A stretch of DNA of 64,000 nt. Source: an uncultured virus (IMG/VR IMGVR_UViG_2061766007_000688). Its lineage: Duplodnaviria > Heunggongvirae > Uroviricota > Caudoviricetes. The first letter of the stretch is position 1. Every line of letters starts with the position of its first letter. The notes below the pieces were generated by a model that had not been told where the DNA came from, made no database searches, and saw only the letters and a program-made list of their open reading frames with translations. Below, piece after piece: positions 9,384 through 21,000 of this stretch. The stretch is from IMG/VR virus record IMGVR_UViG_2061766007_000688; one strand, 5' to 3'. Position numbers and translations under genes: made by a program.

Positions 9384-10215
9384 CTAATTTCCTTCGTCGT
9401 ACTTCTGCACATCCTCTTTGAATCCTTTGTCAGACATTTCATACACACTGGAAACCTCATCTGCTGTACCGCGCTTTCTCAGACGCTCTTTTCGGCGCAT
9501 CTCGATTTCCTTTTTAGCATTATCACGGTTGTACTTCCTCTGTCTCTGCTTATTCTTATACTCAGGAGTGCTTCTGTACTTTTTCAGATACTGGTTCNNN
9601 NNNNNNNGTAGTCTCTTCTCAATATCTTCCTGCCATGTGGGAGCTCGCTCTTCACTCCAGAACTCATGACCCATTATGCACTGCCTTCTTGTATAGATTA
9701 CTGTATCCAAAAATACTCTTTTCGCCCTTGGTTTTGGCCAAGCAAGCTCATCACAATACGGACANNNNNNNNNNNNNNNNNNNNNNNNNNNNNNNNNNNN
9801 NNNNNNNNNNNNNNNNNNNNNNNNNNNNNNNNNNNNNNNNNNNNNNNNNNNNNNNNNNNNNNNNNNNNNNNNNNNNNNNNNNNNNNNNNNNNNNNNNNNN
9901 NNNNNNNNNNNNNNNNNNNNNNNNNNNNNNNNACAGACTTTTGAGCTTTTTCTTTTGCTTTGGTGGGGCTTGTCTTCCGTCTGCAAACTGGACTTCATAT
10001 TCTTCTCCTCTCTGTTTTGCTCTGTGCTTCTTGCCTCTCTCCTTTGTCCATTCTCTGAACTGTGCGAGGACTTCTGGGTCATCTGAATCTACCAACTCCT
10101 CTTTTGAGTAGAACTTGCAACTACACTCGGGACACTTGAAATGACGGTAGTTCTTTTTTGTACTGGAGATTGTCTCCAGTATTTTCAGTTTGCTGTTACA
10201 ACTTGGACATAACAT
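9384..10215 (-). CDS. Two tandem zinc-ribbon proteins (NrdR-N-like), boundary hidden in N-run
   Basis: CPSC...RHFKCPECSCKFYSKE and CPYC...RRQCIMGHEFWSEE, each followed by a basic helix. Confidence 0.55.
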
Positions 10216-10303
10216 TTGATTTACCTCTCTTTCTTTATTCACCTTTTCACCGCTATTTTTGGGTTGTTTAGATTTTCTATTTAATATGCTATAATGGCCT
10301 CGA

Positions 10304-10579
10304 TTATTTTTCAGAAACTCCTGTTTCAATTTCANNNNNNNNNNNCATCTTGCCGTTTTTGTTATAATAGGGCACAATCATTCCATTATACATAATATAC
10401 AGCGTTCCTTCAGACTCAAATTCATAAAGTGTGCCGCTACATGTACTCACAATGGGTTGAGTTGATATATTTCTTGGCTCTATCTCACAACCTGCCAATA
10501 ATGGAATGATTATCATAGCTAATACCACGCCTAACAGTATTTCTACAAACCCTATACCTTTGTTATTCATCATTTTCAC
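10304..10579 (-). CDS. Small putative lipoprotein
   Basis: Hydrophobic N-terminus ending in LLAG-C lipobox. Confidence 0.5.
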   Translation of the reverse strand: MKMMNNKGIGFVEILLGVVLAMIIIPLLAGCEIEPRNISTQPIVSTCSGTLYEFESEGTLYIMYNGMIVPYYNKNGKMXXXXEIETGVSEK

Positions 10580-12958
10580 ACTCCTTATCTGCTTCTATGA
10601 TTGTCGGACAACTTCTTGTATCAACATGCCCTATGATATGATTATCTATGTCATCCGCATCTATCAATCTTCCATGTCCTTTCGGAATTGGTGTGCCGTT
10701 GGCTATATACTTATAAACAATATCGCCGTGACCTTGACATAATTTGTATATGTACTCTGGTATATCAATTACTATCTGCATCCTCGTGTACCTCCTGTAA
10801 CATTTTATCTAAAGTACGCTTTTCGTAGTTCATCACTATGGTGTTATTGCCACCCAAAGCCAAGGTGTAAAGTCGCTCCATTTCTACATTTCGAAAAGAC
10901 GCTAACACTATGCCTTGATTGCCCTGCTCTAACACCAAACACGGCTTTTTTCTGTCGGGATAATGCCTAATCACAATCTGCATCCTGCACCTCACTTCAC
11001 CTTGTACTTGTCGATAATCTGATAGGCCAACATCAGCCCAAACCTTACGCCCTCGTTATAGTCTCCATCAGCCATAAAGTCATATTGCTTTTGGTCTATC
11101 CTGTCTTTTACTTTCTGTAGTGGTGTGCCATATTTAACCGCTATCATCAAAGTATCAAGGCATTCTGTGTCCCATTGTTTTTTACAAAGTGCATATTCTT
11201 CTTCGGGTATATCAATCACAAGTTGCATTTTCGTCCTCGCTTTCATGTGGTTCAAGCCTTTTTATTCGCTCTGTGATTACTTCGCTCGATACAGTTCCAA
11301 AATAACCACCATCATTCCTGATAATAACTACATCTTTCCGAATTTCATCAATATAGCCATGAATATATACTTCATCTCCTATCTTCATTCCTTATCCTCA
11401 CTTCTACTGCACAAAATCAAATTACCAAAATCTGATAGCATATTAGCCTCAACTTTAATTGGGGGCATATAATCCAAACTTGATTTATTACGATAAAATT
11501 GAACTGCAAGTTCTTTAGTAATTGGTATATACCCATCAGCGATAATGGTTATATTATCAATCGTAACTTGAAACTGCATTATTCTCCCTCATTATCCGCT
11601 TCTATGATTGTTGGTAGGTTATTGAGATAATCTAAACTAACTGCTTCTATGTATTCACCACCTATTGTCAAACTAATTACAGGGTTGTCGGAATCAATCC
11701 TATCCTCGTCTATCTTGCCTATATCAATCAATCTACCATGACCTTTCGGAAGTGGTGTGCCATTCTTAATTGCGTGTAACATACATTCTTTGCTTGCTAC
11801 GTCTGCAAAAACTGTTTTCTCAGACTTCATTATCCATCTGTATTCCTCTTCTGGTACCTTAATTACTAATTCTATATCTGCCATATTATTCCTCGCTTTC
11901 TGCCTTGTATGGTTTAGGTAATGGCATCCATGCTATTACTTCATAGCAGTATTTTTTTGCATCTTCCCAAAACTCACCGTTAAAATAGTCGCTCCTTACG
12001 TATCCGCTTGATGCACACCATAATGTGTATGAGTATTTCTCAGGCAACCTCTCGCTGACAGGAATCCACCTTGTCTGTTCTCCCAACTGTTTTAACTCTT
12101 TTAACCATTCAACAAGCTGTTCAAGCTCTAAACACTCCTGCAAGTTACCGTCCGTCTTCTCATAAAAAGCATTACTTGTATATCTTTTGATTGCTTCATC
12201 AAGTGTCATTCTTTATCCTCACTTTCTGCCTTGTGTGGTTCTGGTAATGGCATCCATGCTATCGGTTCAAAATACAACGCATCACCATCCTCATTAAACC
12301 ATCCTGTTTCGTTCATATCTTCATATTCAGTCGGATAAAAAGTATTATCAATGTGATAGTAAACTACTTCCATTCCACCTTGCTGATAACACACAAGTAC
12401 ATCCTCATCATTGTTTGGTAGCCTCTCACTAACAGGAATCCAATGCCCTGTCTTTGGCTGTGGTTTGACATGTGGTAAATCATACAAGGCTTTTAGAGCG
12501 TCACATCTTATACCACTTGTTTTAGTTAATGTATCAATTACTGCTTGTCTGCTTATAGCATACTCACAAGGCTCTTGCTCTACTATTAGTCCGTGTTTTG
12601 CTAAAGTATCAGCAACATCTTTAATACTCCAAGTATCTGTCTTTGGCTGTGGTGTGACGGATGGTAACTGTTTGACCACCAACTCCGCAAAGGAATAAAA
12701 ATCATCTTGTGTGCCTGTGCTTTGTGACTTATAGATATATCTATCAACTTCATCAAGCACCGCCTGTCTGCTGATTGCATCCTCGCATGGCTCTTGCTCT
12801 AATACTTTGGCTATCTCTTCAAGGTTTTCTATTATTTCACCCATATTTCCGGCATCATATTGTGTCGGGCAATTATCATCACAGGACTTGCCACTTACTT
12901 TACATTTCATACAAGTGATTAAATGCTGTAATTTTTCGATCCTTTCTTCTCTTGTCAT
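10563..12958 (-). CDS. Cluster of modular small genes including two DUF551-like (WIPVSERLP...IAWMPLP) proteins at 11886-12209 and 12206-12958
   Basis: Recurrent segments VIDIPE, GTPxPKGHGRLID, PTIIEAD, EQEPCExAISRQAV, PQPKT, ESE(DKE). Confidence 0.7.
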
Positions 12959-13006
12959 TCTGTGCCCTCCATCATTCGTGCCCGTGCATTACTTTCACCA
13001 GGAAAC

Positions 13007-14016
13007 TCAATCGTTGCTATCATCTTCATACCTCTCAAAATCTCTCTCGGGTTCAGAAGGGCTTACCCAGCCACTACATCTTATGGCCATTGTTCCGTCT
13101 TTTCTTATGGGATAGAAGTTCAGGCTCTTGTAGTAGTCTACATCGAGCCACCCTATCTTTCCGTCGCTCTTTCTTCTCACCTTACCATCTAAGCCCAGCT
13201 CTTTGAGCCATTCTTTCACATCTGCCTTAAACTCTTCTGAGATTTTATCTCTTTTCTCATAATACTTTTCCAGTGCCTCATCGAATGTCATTTTTCTTCC
13301 TCCTGCTTTCCTACTTCCATTAAGTACTTATCAAGTACTGCAAACACCACTTTCTTTTCTATTACTTCTAATGGTGCGTCATCCCTGTCTTTAACAAACT
13401 TCGTCTTTGTTGCCAGCTCACTTCTTATACTCGCCCATACTTCATTTGACTTTATCAGCATTGTTCTCCTCCCGCTTTTCATGGTATCTCATAAGTTCTA
13501 CTTTATCGCCTATCTGATACTGTAATGAGTTTAGGAAACTCTCAAAATCAGGTCTTCCTCTCAAAGTCTCTTCTATCTCTCTGTTTATTGTGTTGTTGAT
13601 TGTCTCACTCAACACAATAAGGTCTTTTATATACTGCTTTGCTGTCATTTTATATCCTCCTCTGTCATATCGAGTTCTTCGTGCATGATTCCAAGGCAAC
13701 TCTCGAAAGCATGTCGCTCGCCGTTCAACATCAAGCACATTGCCATACACTCCGTGCTTTTACCATTCATTCTTGTAGCATGATATCCATCAAGCGACTC
13801 TCTTATAGAGTTTTCCAATATACTGACTCTATGATAAACCTGTGCAACACCTTTTCTATACAACTGCAACTCTTTCAGCCAGCGTATCAGATTTTCATGG
13901 TCATCTATTGACTGCTGATTGGCTGTTATACAGTACTCATCCGTGTTGAACTTCTTGACATTCTCTATCTTTGTAACAAAGTCCTCAAACTGCTTTATTT
14001 GTTCATCGAGTGTCAT
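13007..14016 (-). CDS. Four small hypothetical genes
   Basis: Overlapping start/stop ORFs with RBSs. Confidence 0.6.
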
Positions 14017-14060
14017 ACAATCTCCTCTCTATATCTTTATATGCTTATTATATTACACTG

Positions 14061-14977
14061 CTAAAGAATTGACAAGAGGGAATATTCGACAGCGACAGCA
14101 CTTTCTACTTCCCCGACCTTTATTCCTCTCTCCATACTTCGCAATAACTTGCAAGCTGCCACAAGTTCTTCATCAAGATACTGGTCAACATACGGCTGAA
14201 CAAGTTTTACTTGAAATCCGTTCAACCCCGTACTCTTTGAGATTGAGTCTCCTGTTGATGTTTGTACTTGCAATAGATTCCTAAGATTGTCATACAGCAC
14301 AGTAATTATTACGAGGTCTGCTTCTCCTACACCTCTGCACTCTGCTAACAGTCTGAACACTCTCTTAGGCTTTCTCGACATTACTGCGGCTACTAAATCA
14401 AAAATAGCATCTTTCGGCGGCACATATATGGNNNNNNNNNNNNNNNNNNNNNCATGTCAGTGCATTTGTATTGCCACATTCTTTTTATCTTGTCTATTTC
14501 TAACAATATTCTTCCGTAGTCATTCTCGCATATCTCTATCAACCGCTCACAGTAGTCATCACTCAAATCGGCAAGCTCTTTATGGATATACTTTGTCAGA
14601 ATACGGTTATCTAAATGCTCAAACATGACCGCCCGGTTTTTGAAATTTTTCCAAAATTTTAACCTACCGTCTACAGATGTAAATTGAAAAATTACCAAAT
14701 CGTTTTTGAGATTTTTCACCCTATCCCACAACTTCTCCTCTTTGATAAATTCTTTGTCATCATAGATGAGATAAAGAGTCGGCACTGAAAGTATTGACTT
14801 CATTTTTACTTTCGTCAAAACTGAGGATAATTTATCTACAACTTCAAGACGATAGTTTCCTTTTTCAACTATCTTCTTTATATAGATATTCATTACCTCA
14901 ATCTCATCTCCTGCAAAGATATAGAAGTCATCAAACTGTCCGCTCTTTATATGTGCTTTAACTGTCCCGATGTCCAT
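14061..14977 (-). CDS. holA: Clamp loader delta subunit (HolA-like); frame broken at N-run
   Basis: FYIFAGDE...LIEICENDYGRILLEIDKI...IFDLVAAV...LLRSMERGIKVG; adjacent to dnaX/holB. Confidence 0.7.
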
Positions 14978-15773
14978 TCTTTATCTCCCTTATACTAAAC
15001 AACCATGCTTCGTATGTGTATCTTTTGTTAATGGCTGTGTTCTGTATGTCTGACAGGCTTCTTTCTGTTGCTTCTAACATTCTATACAGCATAAGAATGT
15101 TTTCAGGTCTGTCTTTGCTCTTCGCCCGCTCATAAATCTCTGCTCTTGCTGCCTTAAAGAAGATAGACACATCATATCCACTCTCCCCCTTAAAGTCTAT
15201 GAGTGTCGCTGACTTCAAAAGATTGGCGAGTGTAAGAGTGTTTGCTTTATCAAGTACTGTATTTATATGCTTCTGTAACGCTGTTATTTCGATTTTAAGC
15301 AACTTATCTATATCAGACATAGTAGTAGCTACTGAAAGTATATAACGCTCATTTTGAGCTGATTTCGAGTGCATAAGATACTCTTGTAATTCTGCCCTTN
15401 NNNNNNNNNNNNNNNNNNNNNNNNNNNACCACGACTTTTCAGCGTTCCCAAGATAGTCTGCTCATAACTGACTGTCATAATGAATGTTGCAAACTTTGGT
15501 GGTTCTTCAACTATTTTCAGCAAAGCGTTTTTTGCTTGCGGAGACATTCTGTGTGCATCAGGTATTATATACAGNNNNNNNNNNNNNNNNNNNNNNNNNN
15601 NNNNNNNNNNNNNNNNNNNNNNNNNNNNNNNNNNNNNNNNNNNNNNNNNNNNNNNNNNNNNNNNNNNNTTTCTTTCCACACCCCTCTTCACCAACAATCA
15701 TAGCGAATTGCGGAAAAACATTCTCTGACACCATATCAGATATTTTCTGTCTTAATTCTTTCTGTCCTATCAT
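14958..15773 (-). CDS. holB: Clamp loader delta-prime subunit (HolB-like); broken by two N-runs
   Basis: MIGQ...GEEGCGK, IIPDAHRM...NALLKIVEEPP...TLKSR. Confidence 0.75.
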
Positions 15774-15780
15774 ATCTACC

Positions 15781-16809
15781 TCACATTGTTATCAATGCTA
15801 CTTCAATGATGTTCTTCGGCGACTGACTCCACTTTATATTGCTGTCAAGTCTTATTATCTCATGTATGATAATATTCATCTGTTCTGATATATCCTCATA
15901 GTCAGACGCAAGAGCTGTTATCCTATCCCGCATTTCTTTTGTCTCGGGGAACTTTGTATAGGTAAGCTCGTCAGTAAGCAGGAATTTGTAGATGTCCATA
16001 CAGAAATCAAGATATGATTTCACGAACTGTTTCATATCCTCGCCCCTACTATACACTTTCTCGATAATCTCTATAACCTTGTCATGCTCTTTATACAGCA
16101 CACTCTCTGTGAGGTCAAAGAGTTCATCAAAAGAGCTACCACCAAGGGCAGCTACAACATTCTCCATCGTCAGTTCAGGTGAGTATGCTAAACACTTATC
16201 AAGTGTTGTTAAGGCATCTCTCATACCGCCCTCACTGAGTCTTGCGATATATTCAAGTGCATTATCATCTACAGAGTCAACCATGCTAAGAGATTCTTTA
16301 CCACAAATATATTTCAATCTGTGGATAATGCCCTGTGTGCTTATGCGGTTGAATGTGAAACGCTGACTTCTTGAAAGTATCGTCTTTGGTATCTTCCAAT
16401 AATCAGTCGTACACATAATGAAAATACTCCTTGCAGGTGGTTCCTCTATCAGTTTCAGCATAGCTGCCCATGCTCCTGCACTGAACATGTGAACCTCATC
16501 AAGAATGAATACCTTATAATCACTGTCAAGGCTCTTTGTCTGTGCCATCTTTGTGATTTCTCTCACATCATCTACACTGTTATTAGAGGCAGCATCCATC
16601 TCAACAGGTCTACCTTTTCCTTTGTTTATCTCATTTGCGAATATTCTCGCACATGTTGTCTTTCCACACCCTGCACTGCCTACAAATATGTAAGCATTTT
16701 TTATCTCGCCAGTATCAAGCTGGTTCTGTAAGATTGCTCTCACAGAACCCTGCTCAGTGACTTCACTAAATGAAGTCGGGCGATATTTCACTGCTAATGA
16801 TTTCGCCAT
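15781..16809 (-). CDS. dnaX: DNA polymerase III gamma/tau-like clamp loader ATPase
   Basis: LAVKYRP, GSAGCGKTT, DEVHM, LKLIEEPP, SEGGMRDA. Confidence 0.92.
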   Translation of the reverse strand: MAKSLAVKYRPTSFSEVTEQGSVRAILQNQLDTGEIKNAYIFVGSAGCGKTTCARIFANEINKGKGRPVEMDAASNNSVDDVREITKMAQTKSLDSDYKVFILDEVHMFSAGAWAAMLKLIEEPPARSIFIMCTTDYWKIPKTILSRSQRFTFNRISTQGIIHRLKYICGKESLSMVDSVDDNALEYIARLSEGGMRDALTTLDKCLAYSPELTMENVVAALGGSSFDELFDLTESVLYKEHDKVIEIIEKVYSRGEDMKQFVKSYLDFCMDIYKFLLTDELTYTKFPETKEMRDRITALASDYEDISEQMNIIIHEIIRLDSNIKWSQSPKNIIEVALITM

Positions 16810-17243
16810 TATTTTGTTTCCTTTCTACTATCCCAAGTCAGCGCCGCTATCATTCCGCTCTTGATAACTTCTTTGAGGTCAATCTCAGCAACAGCTTCTT
16901 TTATACCCTCTTTAACCCCGAGATAGATTGCTTCTCGCAGTTTGTTATAGTCGATTGACACGCCCGATTCTGACTGATCCAGACTCTTCTTATTTTCTGA
17001 CCTCTCAGTGTCCTCTTTAATAAGATACACTTCGGGGTCAAGATTGTACAAGCTTTTAAGCAAAACCGGCACATTCTTGGGTAACTGAGCACACCCGCCT
17101 ACATGCTTACAACTTGAAAGCTGTGACACAAAGTAAGCTTTTGCGTAGCCCAACTGTTCTGCAATTACATGATGGTCAAGACCCTTCTTAACCAAAAGTG
17201 CATAAAACTTGTCTGCATCTACTTTTACCATTGATTTTGCCAT
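16809..17243 (-). CDS. Hypothetical protein, possible HTH
   Basis: ATG 17243 right after N-run; VIAEQLGYAKAYF. Confidence 0.5.
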   Translation of the reverse strand: MAKSMVKVDADKFYALLVKKGLDHHVIAEQLGYAKAYFVSQLSSCKHVGGCAQLPKNVPVLLKSLYNLDPEVYLIKEDTERSENKKSLDQSESGVSIDYNKLREAIYLGVKEGIKEAVAEIDLKEVIKSGMIAALTWDSRKETK

Positions 17244-17244
17244 G

Positions 17245-17462
17245 NNNNNNNNNNNNNNNNNNNNNNNNNNNNNNNNNNNNNNNNNNNTCTCACCTTTGCT
17301 GTTCTCTTTTTCTACTGTTACAATGTTCATACCCTGTTTTCTCAGATTGAATATGATTGCTGACAAGCGGGTTGTGTGACACAACTCAAATGCTGATAAG
17401 CTTGTCAATCTTTCTCCTCTTTCAAGGGCTTCTTTTACTGCTGTTGTCTTTTTACTGTTCAT
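17245..17462 (-). CDS. Winged HTH DNA-binding protein
   Basis: LTSLSAFELCHTTRLSAIIFNLRKQGMNI. Confidence 0.7.
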
Positions 17463-17779
17463 CTGTTATCTCCTTTAACTGTAAGAAGTCTTTCTCGGAT
17501 ATGATGTAATGATTCTNNNNNNNNNNNNNNNNNNNNNACTGCTGAATGATGTTTGCCCATCTGAAATGCTTCTTCCCTGTTCTTATCTATCCACTCTTTC
17601 TTGACTGACATAGACATACTCGGTGAAGTTTTCGTCTTGCACTCTATGAGCCAGTTCTTCGCTACAACATCTCCTTTAACAAAGGATGTAGCCCCGCTGT
17701 TAGCAGTCTGACGACCACTAACAGCTTTTGCTACTTTCTTTTCCTGTTGGTTACTGTAAAATCGTGTTGGTCTCGGCAT
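17459..17779 (-). CDS. PD-(D/E)xK nuclease / resolvase-like
   Basis: QQEKKVAK...NSGA...KGDV...LIECKT. Confidence 0.7.
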   Translation of the reverse strand: MPRPTRFYSNQQEKKVAKAVSGRQTANSGATSFVKGDVVAKNWLIECKTKTSPSMSMSVKKEWIDKNREEAFQMGKHHSAXXXXXXXXESLHHIRERLLTVKGDNR

Positions 17780-18041
17780 AGCTCTTCTCCACAATAAACT
17801 GTTTGTACGATGTTGAGAGTTCCGGGGTGCTGTTGACAAAAGCCCTGTACTGTTCAAGAGCTTTCTCCTGATACTCTACTTTCTCTTTGAGTTTCTTGGT
17901 CTCTTCCTGCTCACGCCAGTACCGATTTCTGTAATCAGCACTCTCTTTCTCGGCTTCCATCGCTCTTTCGATTAAATCTCGATACTCGTCTGTGCCGATT
18001 GTTACCTGCCCTACTACTGAATACTGCTTGTTCTCATCCAT
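17751..18041 (-). CDS. Hypothetical coiled-coil protein
   Basis: VTIGTDEYRDL; own promoter and RBS. Confidence 0.65.
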   Translation of the reverse strand: MDENKQYSVVGQVTIGTDEYRDLIERAMEAEKESADYRNRYWREQEETKKLKEKVEYQEKALEQYRAFVNSTPELSTSYKQFIVEKSYAETNTILQ

Positions 18042-18127
18042 GTCTTTGTTCTCCTTTCGTGAATGAATTGTGTTTTGTTATTTGATAGTTATATAATATC
18101 ATAACTACGAAACAATGCAAGTAGGAA

Positions 18128-18499
18128 TTAAATCAATCTCTTAACTCCCTTTTTCTTCTTAGCAACTACTTGTGCCGCTTGTTTTGGTCTTTGTTCAATC
18201 TCCAACAGTCTCTCTGCTATTGCTATAATTTGGTTATCATAAGTCAGATGTGCTCCACTACTACCGTCCCAATCTGAAAACTGCTCAGCAAATTCTACCT
18301 CTTTCGCAATATCAGGATGTTCTGTCTGCAACTGTTCAAGTTCTTTCGCCCATTTTATCCACTTTGCATCAGACACGATGTTGGTGTCTTTCTCATAATA
18401 GAGATAAGAATGAACCAACATCTGNNNNNNNNNNNNNNNNNNCTCTGCAACTGTCTGTAAGGGTTTACTTATCAACTGTCTTACCGAACTCTTTGCCAT
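18128..18499 (-). CDS. Stand-alone NAD-ligase domain Ia-like protein
   Basis: HSYLYYEKDTNIVSDAKW...ELEQLQTEHPD resembles the LigA N-terminal helical hairpin. Confidence 0.65.
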   Translation of the reverse strand: MAKSSVRQLISKPLQTVAEXXXXXXQMLVHSYLYYEKDTNIVSDAKWIKWAKELEQLQTEHPDIAKEVEFAEQFSDWDGSSGAHLTYDNQIIAIAERLLEIEQRPKQAAQVVAKKKKGVKRLI

Positions 18500-19211
18500 G
18501 CTTCTTCTCCAAATCTTCTGCCCTTTTCATTAAACTACTGATATAACTATCAGCATTTTTCTTTAGAGTACCATTACTATTCACCCAGCCCCCATAATAC
18601 GCAAGTGCTGTGTACATATCACCTGTATCCTCGCAAAGCTCTGCAAGATAATCTGTTGCTACAAGAATGTTACTGTATGGGTCAAGCAAGTCTGTCACGC
18701 CAAGTTTATTCATTCTCTTCTTGTGCCATCTCTCACTCACTTGGCATAATCCTTTACAGCCTGAACTGTTCACTGCTGACGCATTACCTCTGCTCTCTTT
18801 TTCAATCATAGCTTCCATTATCTCGGGGCTTACATTGTAGATACGACCTATAACTTCACACATCTCAACATATTTCTGGTCAATGAATGTATCTTCAATA
18901 TTCGGGTACTCATCGACCTTCTCTATGGTAATCTTCTTCTTTTTCTTCTTCGTCTTTACTGCCTTAACTTCTGCGACCTCTGTCTCTTCTTGCACAATCT
19001 CAACTACTGCTGGTATTGCAGTCTCTACAACTTCTTCCTCTTCTTCGGGCAACTCCGCATTCACTACTGCTTCTGCCTCTACATCTTTCAACTCGATTGA
19101 ATCATGTCTACCCATCTCAACCCCTATGAGCATCACCAGCAATACTGCCACTACTACAATCAACACTTTCATAACTACTTCCATAAACTTCTCTAATCTA
19201 CTGTTCAGCAT
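18465..19211 (-). CDS. Membrane-anchored lytic transglycosylase (SLT domain)
   Basis: N-terminal TM; IEKESRG...GLCQV...DPYSNI...ALAYY. Confidence 0.8.
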   Translation of the reverse strand: MLNSRLEKFMEVVMKVLIVVVAVLLVMLIGVEMGRHDSIELKDVEAEAVVNAELPEEEEEVVETAIPAVVEIVQEETEVAEVKAVKTKKKKKKITIEKVDEYPNIEDTFIDQKYVEMCEVIGRIYNVSPEIMEAMIEKESRGNASAVNSSGCKGLCQVSERWHKKRMNKLGVTDLLDPYSNILVATDYLAELCEDTGDMYTALAYYGGWVNSNGTLKKNADSYISSLMKRAEDLEKKHGKEFGKTVDK

Positions 19212-19465
19212 CTATTATCTCCTTTTCTGTCTGTTCTTCTTGGGGCATACAACTTAATCTCAAACTTCTCGCCATTCTTTGGCTTCCATTCTTTCAGATT
19301 ATTGTGCATTGTACCGCTGTAACTGAATGTTCCTTTCCATTTCTCAATCACTGATTTCAAAGCAATCCTCCTTTCAATCACTGCTTTGCTATTTGCTTAC
19401 AATGAATACTTTATAACATCGTCAAATAAAAAACAAGAGGGAGATGTTTCTCCCTCTATCTGTTG

Positions 19466-20492
19466 TTATATCTGAGCATCTATATAGTTCTCAATGAATG
19501 TTAAAACATCCTCATGTTCTACATCTCTCAGATAGTTGTACACATTTGGCATACCCTGTATCTTCTCTGACTTACACTCGCCAGTATCAGGATCAACTAT
19601 TGTGAACCACGCCCCCGACTGCTGTATCATGTCATACTTCAATGCTACATCTACCAAGTCTCGCAAGTAGTTTATGCCGTTAGCATAATCGAGACTGTAG
19701 AAACCACCTCTTCTGTTAGGCGGACATGTCTTGTTCTTTTCCATTGACATCAGCACTATATTTCCTGCGGGGCTTTCTGATGACTTCTTTATCTCCTCAC
19801 CCTTATCATTAAGAAATGAACCTCTTCTGAACTCCATTCTTACTGAACAGAAATGTTTCAGTGCTCTACCACCCGGCGTTCTTGTTGCACCAGGATACAA
19901 ACTCTTCAAGTCATCTCTCACCTGATTTATGAAGATAAGGGTGACATTATTCTTTTTGCAGGCAAGCTCTGCTTTCTTCACAAACTTTGTCATAGCCATA
20001 GCGTTTCCTGCATACTGAGCATCCCCTATATCTCCTTCAAGTTCTTTTGCAGGTATAAGAGCGGGCACACTATCTATAACTCCCATACCTATCTCACCGT
20101 TTGTGATGAGTGACAGCATAATGTCCAACAACTCTTCTGCACTCTCAAACTCAGGCTGAATTATAATTACTTNNNNNNNNNNNNNNNNCAGCCCAAACAG
20201 GATCAAGTGCGTTCTCAGCATCAAGATATGCAACAGGTCTATCGTCTAACTGCTGATAGTTAGCGATATTATCAAGTGCTGTACTTGTCTTACCACCATG
20301 CTCTTCACCAGAATACTCAATCAATCTACCTGTCGGTATACCACCGTAAGTACAGTAGTTCATTCTCGGTGAAGTGAACGGTATTCTCTGATATACTTCT
20401 CTTGACAGGCCAAAATGAATAATCTCTGCACCGCTTTTCTTGTTTATATTCTTCATAATGGTGTCAAGGTCTAACTTTGCTTCCTTTGCCAT
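19466..20492 (-). CDS. recA: RecA-like recombinase (frame broken at N-run)
   Basis: GGIPTGRLIEYSGEEHGGKTS, DAENALD, VIDSV, FINQVR, TPGGRALK. Confidence 0.93.
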
Positions 20493-20496
20493 TTTA

Positions 20497-21000
20497 TCAT
20501 CTCCTTGTCTGTATATTTGATAGCTCGGCTTCTGACATGCGTCTTGACATAACTTTTTTCACTGAACCGAGCAACTCCTGTGACGCTTCTACTTTCGCCT
20601 TTACTATCTTATATGACTTGTTATAGATAATATTAGCGATATGCTCTTCCATTGTGTCAAGTTCTGCTTGTGTGTTCTTGTCTGCTACTGTACCCTTGTC
20701 TATGAGCGTCCTGGCAGTGTTATAAGCTTCTTTGTAAATACTTCTTGACACATCATCTTTAACGCTCAGACGCTCAGCACCAACGCTTGTATAGTATATC
20801 AGAGTAGACAAGTTAAGTGCGAACTTATCAAGCTCCTCATCTGTAACAGGGTTATCTTCGTCTCTCAGTGTCCTGTCTATAATGTCAACATACTCGTCAA
20901 GGTCAGCACAATATTCATTAGTGATAGTTGTTATTGCCTTATCTATCTCTTCTGAATAATCTTCCACTCTTTTGAGTGTATCTTCATTTAATTTCTTCAT
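20497..21000 (-). CDS. Helical protein next to recA, possible recombination mediator
   Basis: 167 aa helical ORF; context only. Confidence 0.5.
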   Translation of the reverse strand: MKKLNEDTLKRVEDYSEEIDKAITTITNEYCADLDEYVDIIDRTLRDEDNPVTDEELDKFALNLSTLIYYTSVGAERLSVKDDVSRSIYKEAYNTARTLIDKGTVADKNTQAELDTMEEHIANIIYNKSYKIVKAKVEASQELLGSVKKVMSRRMSEAELSNIQTRR

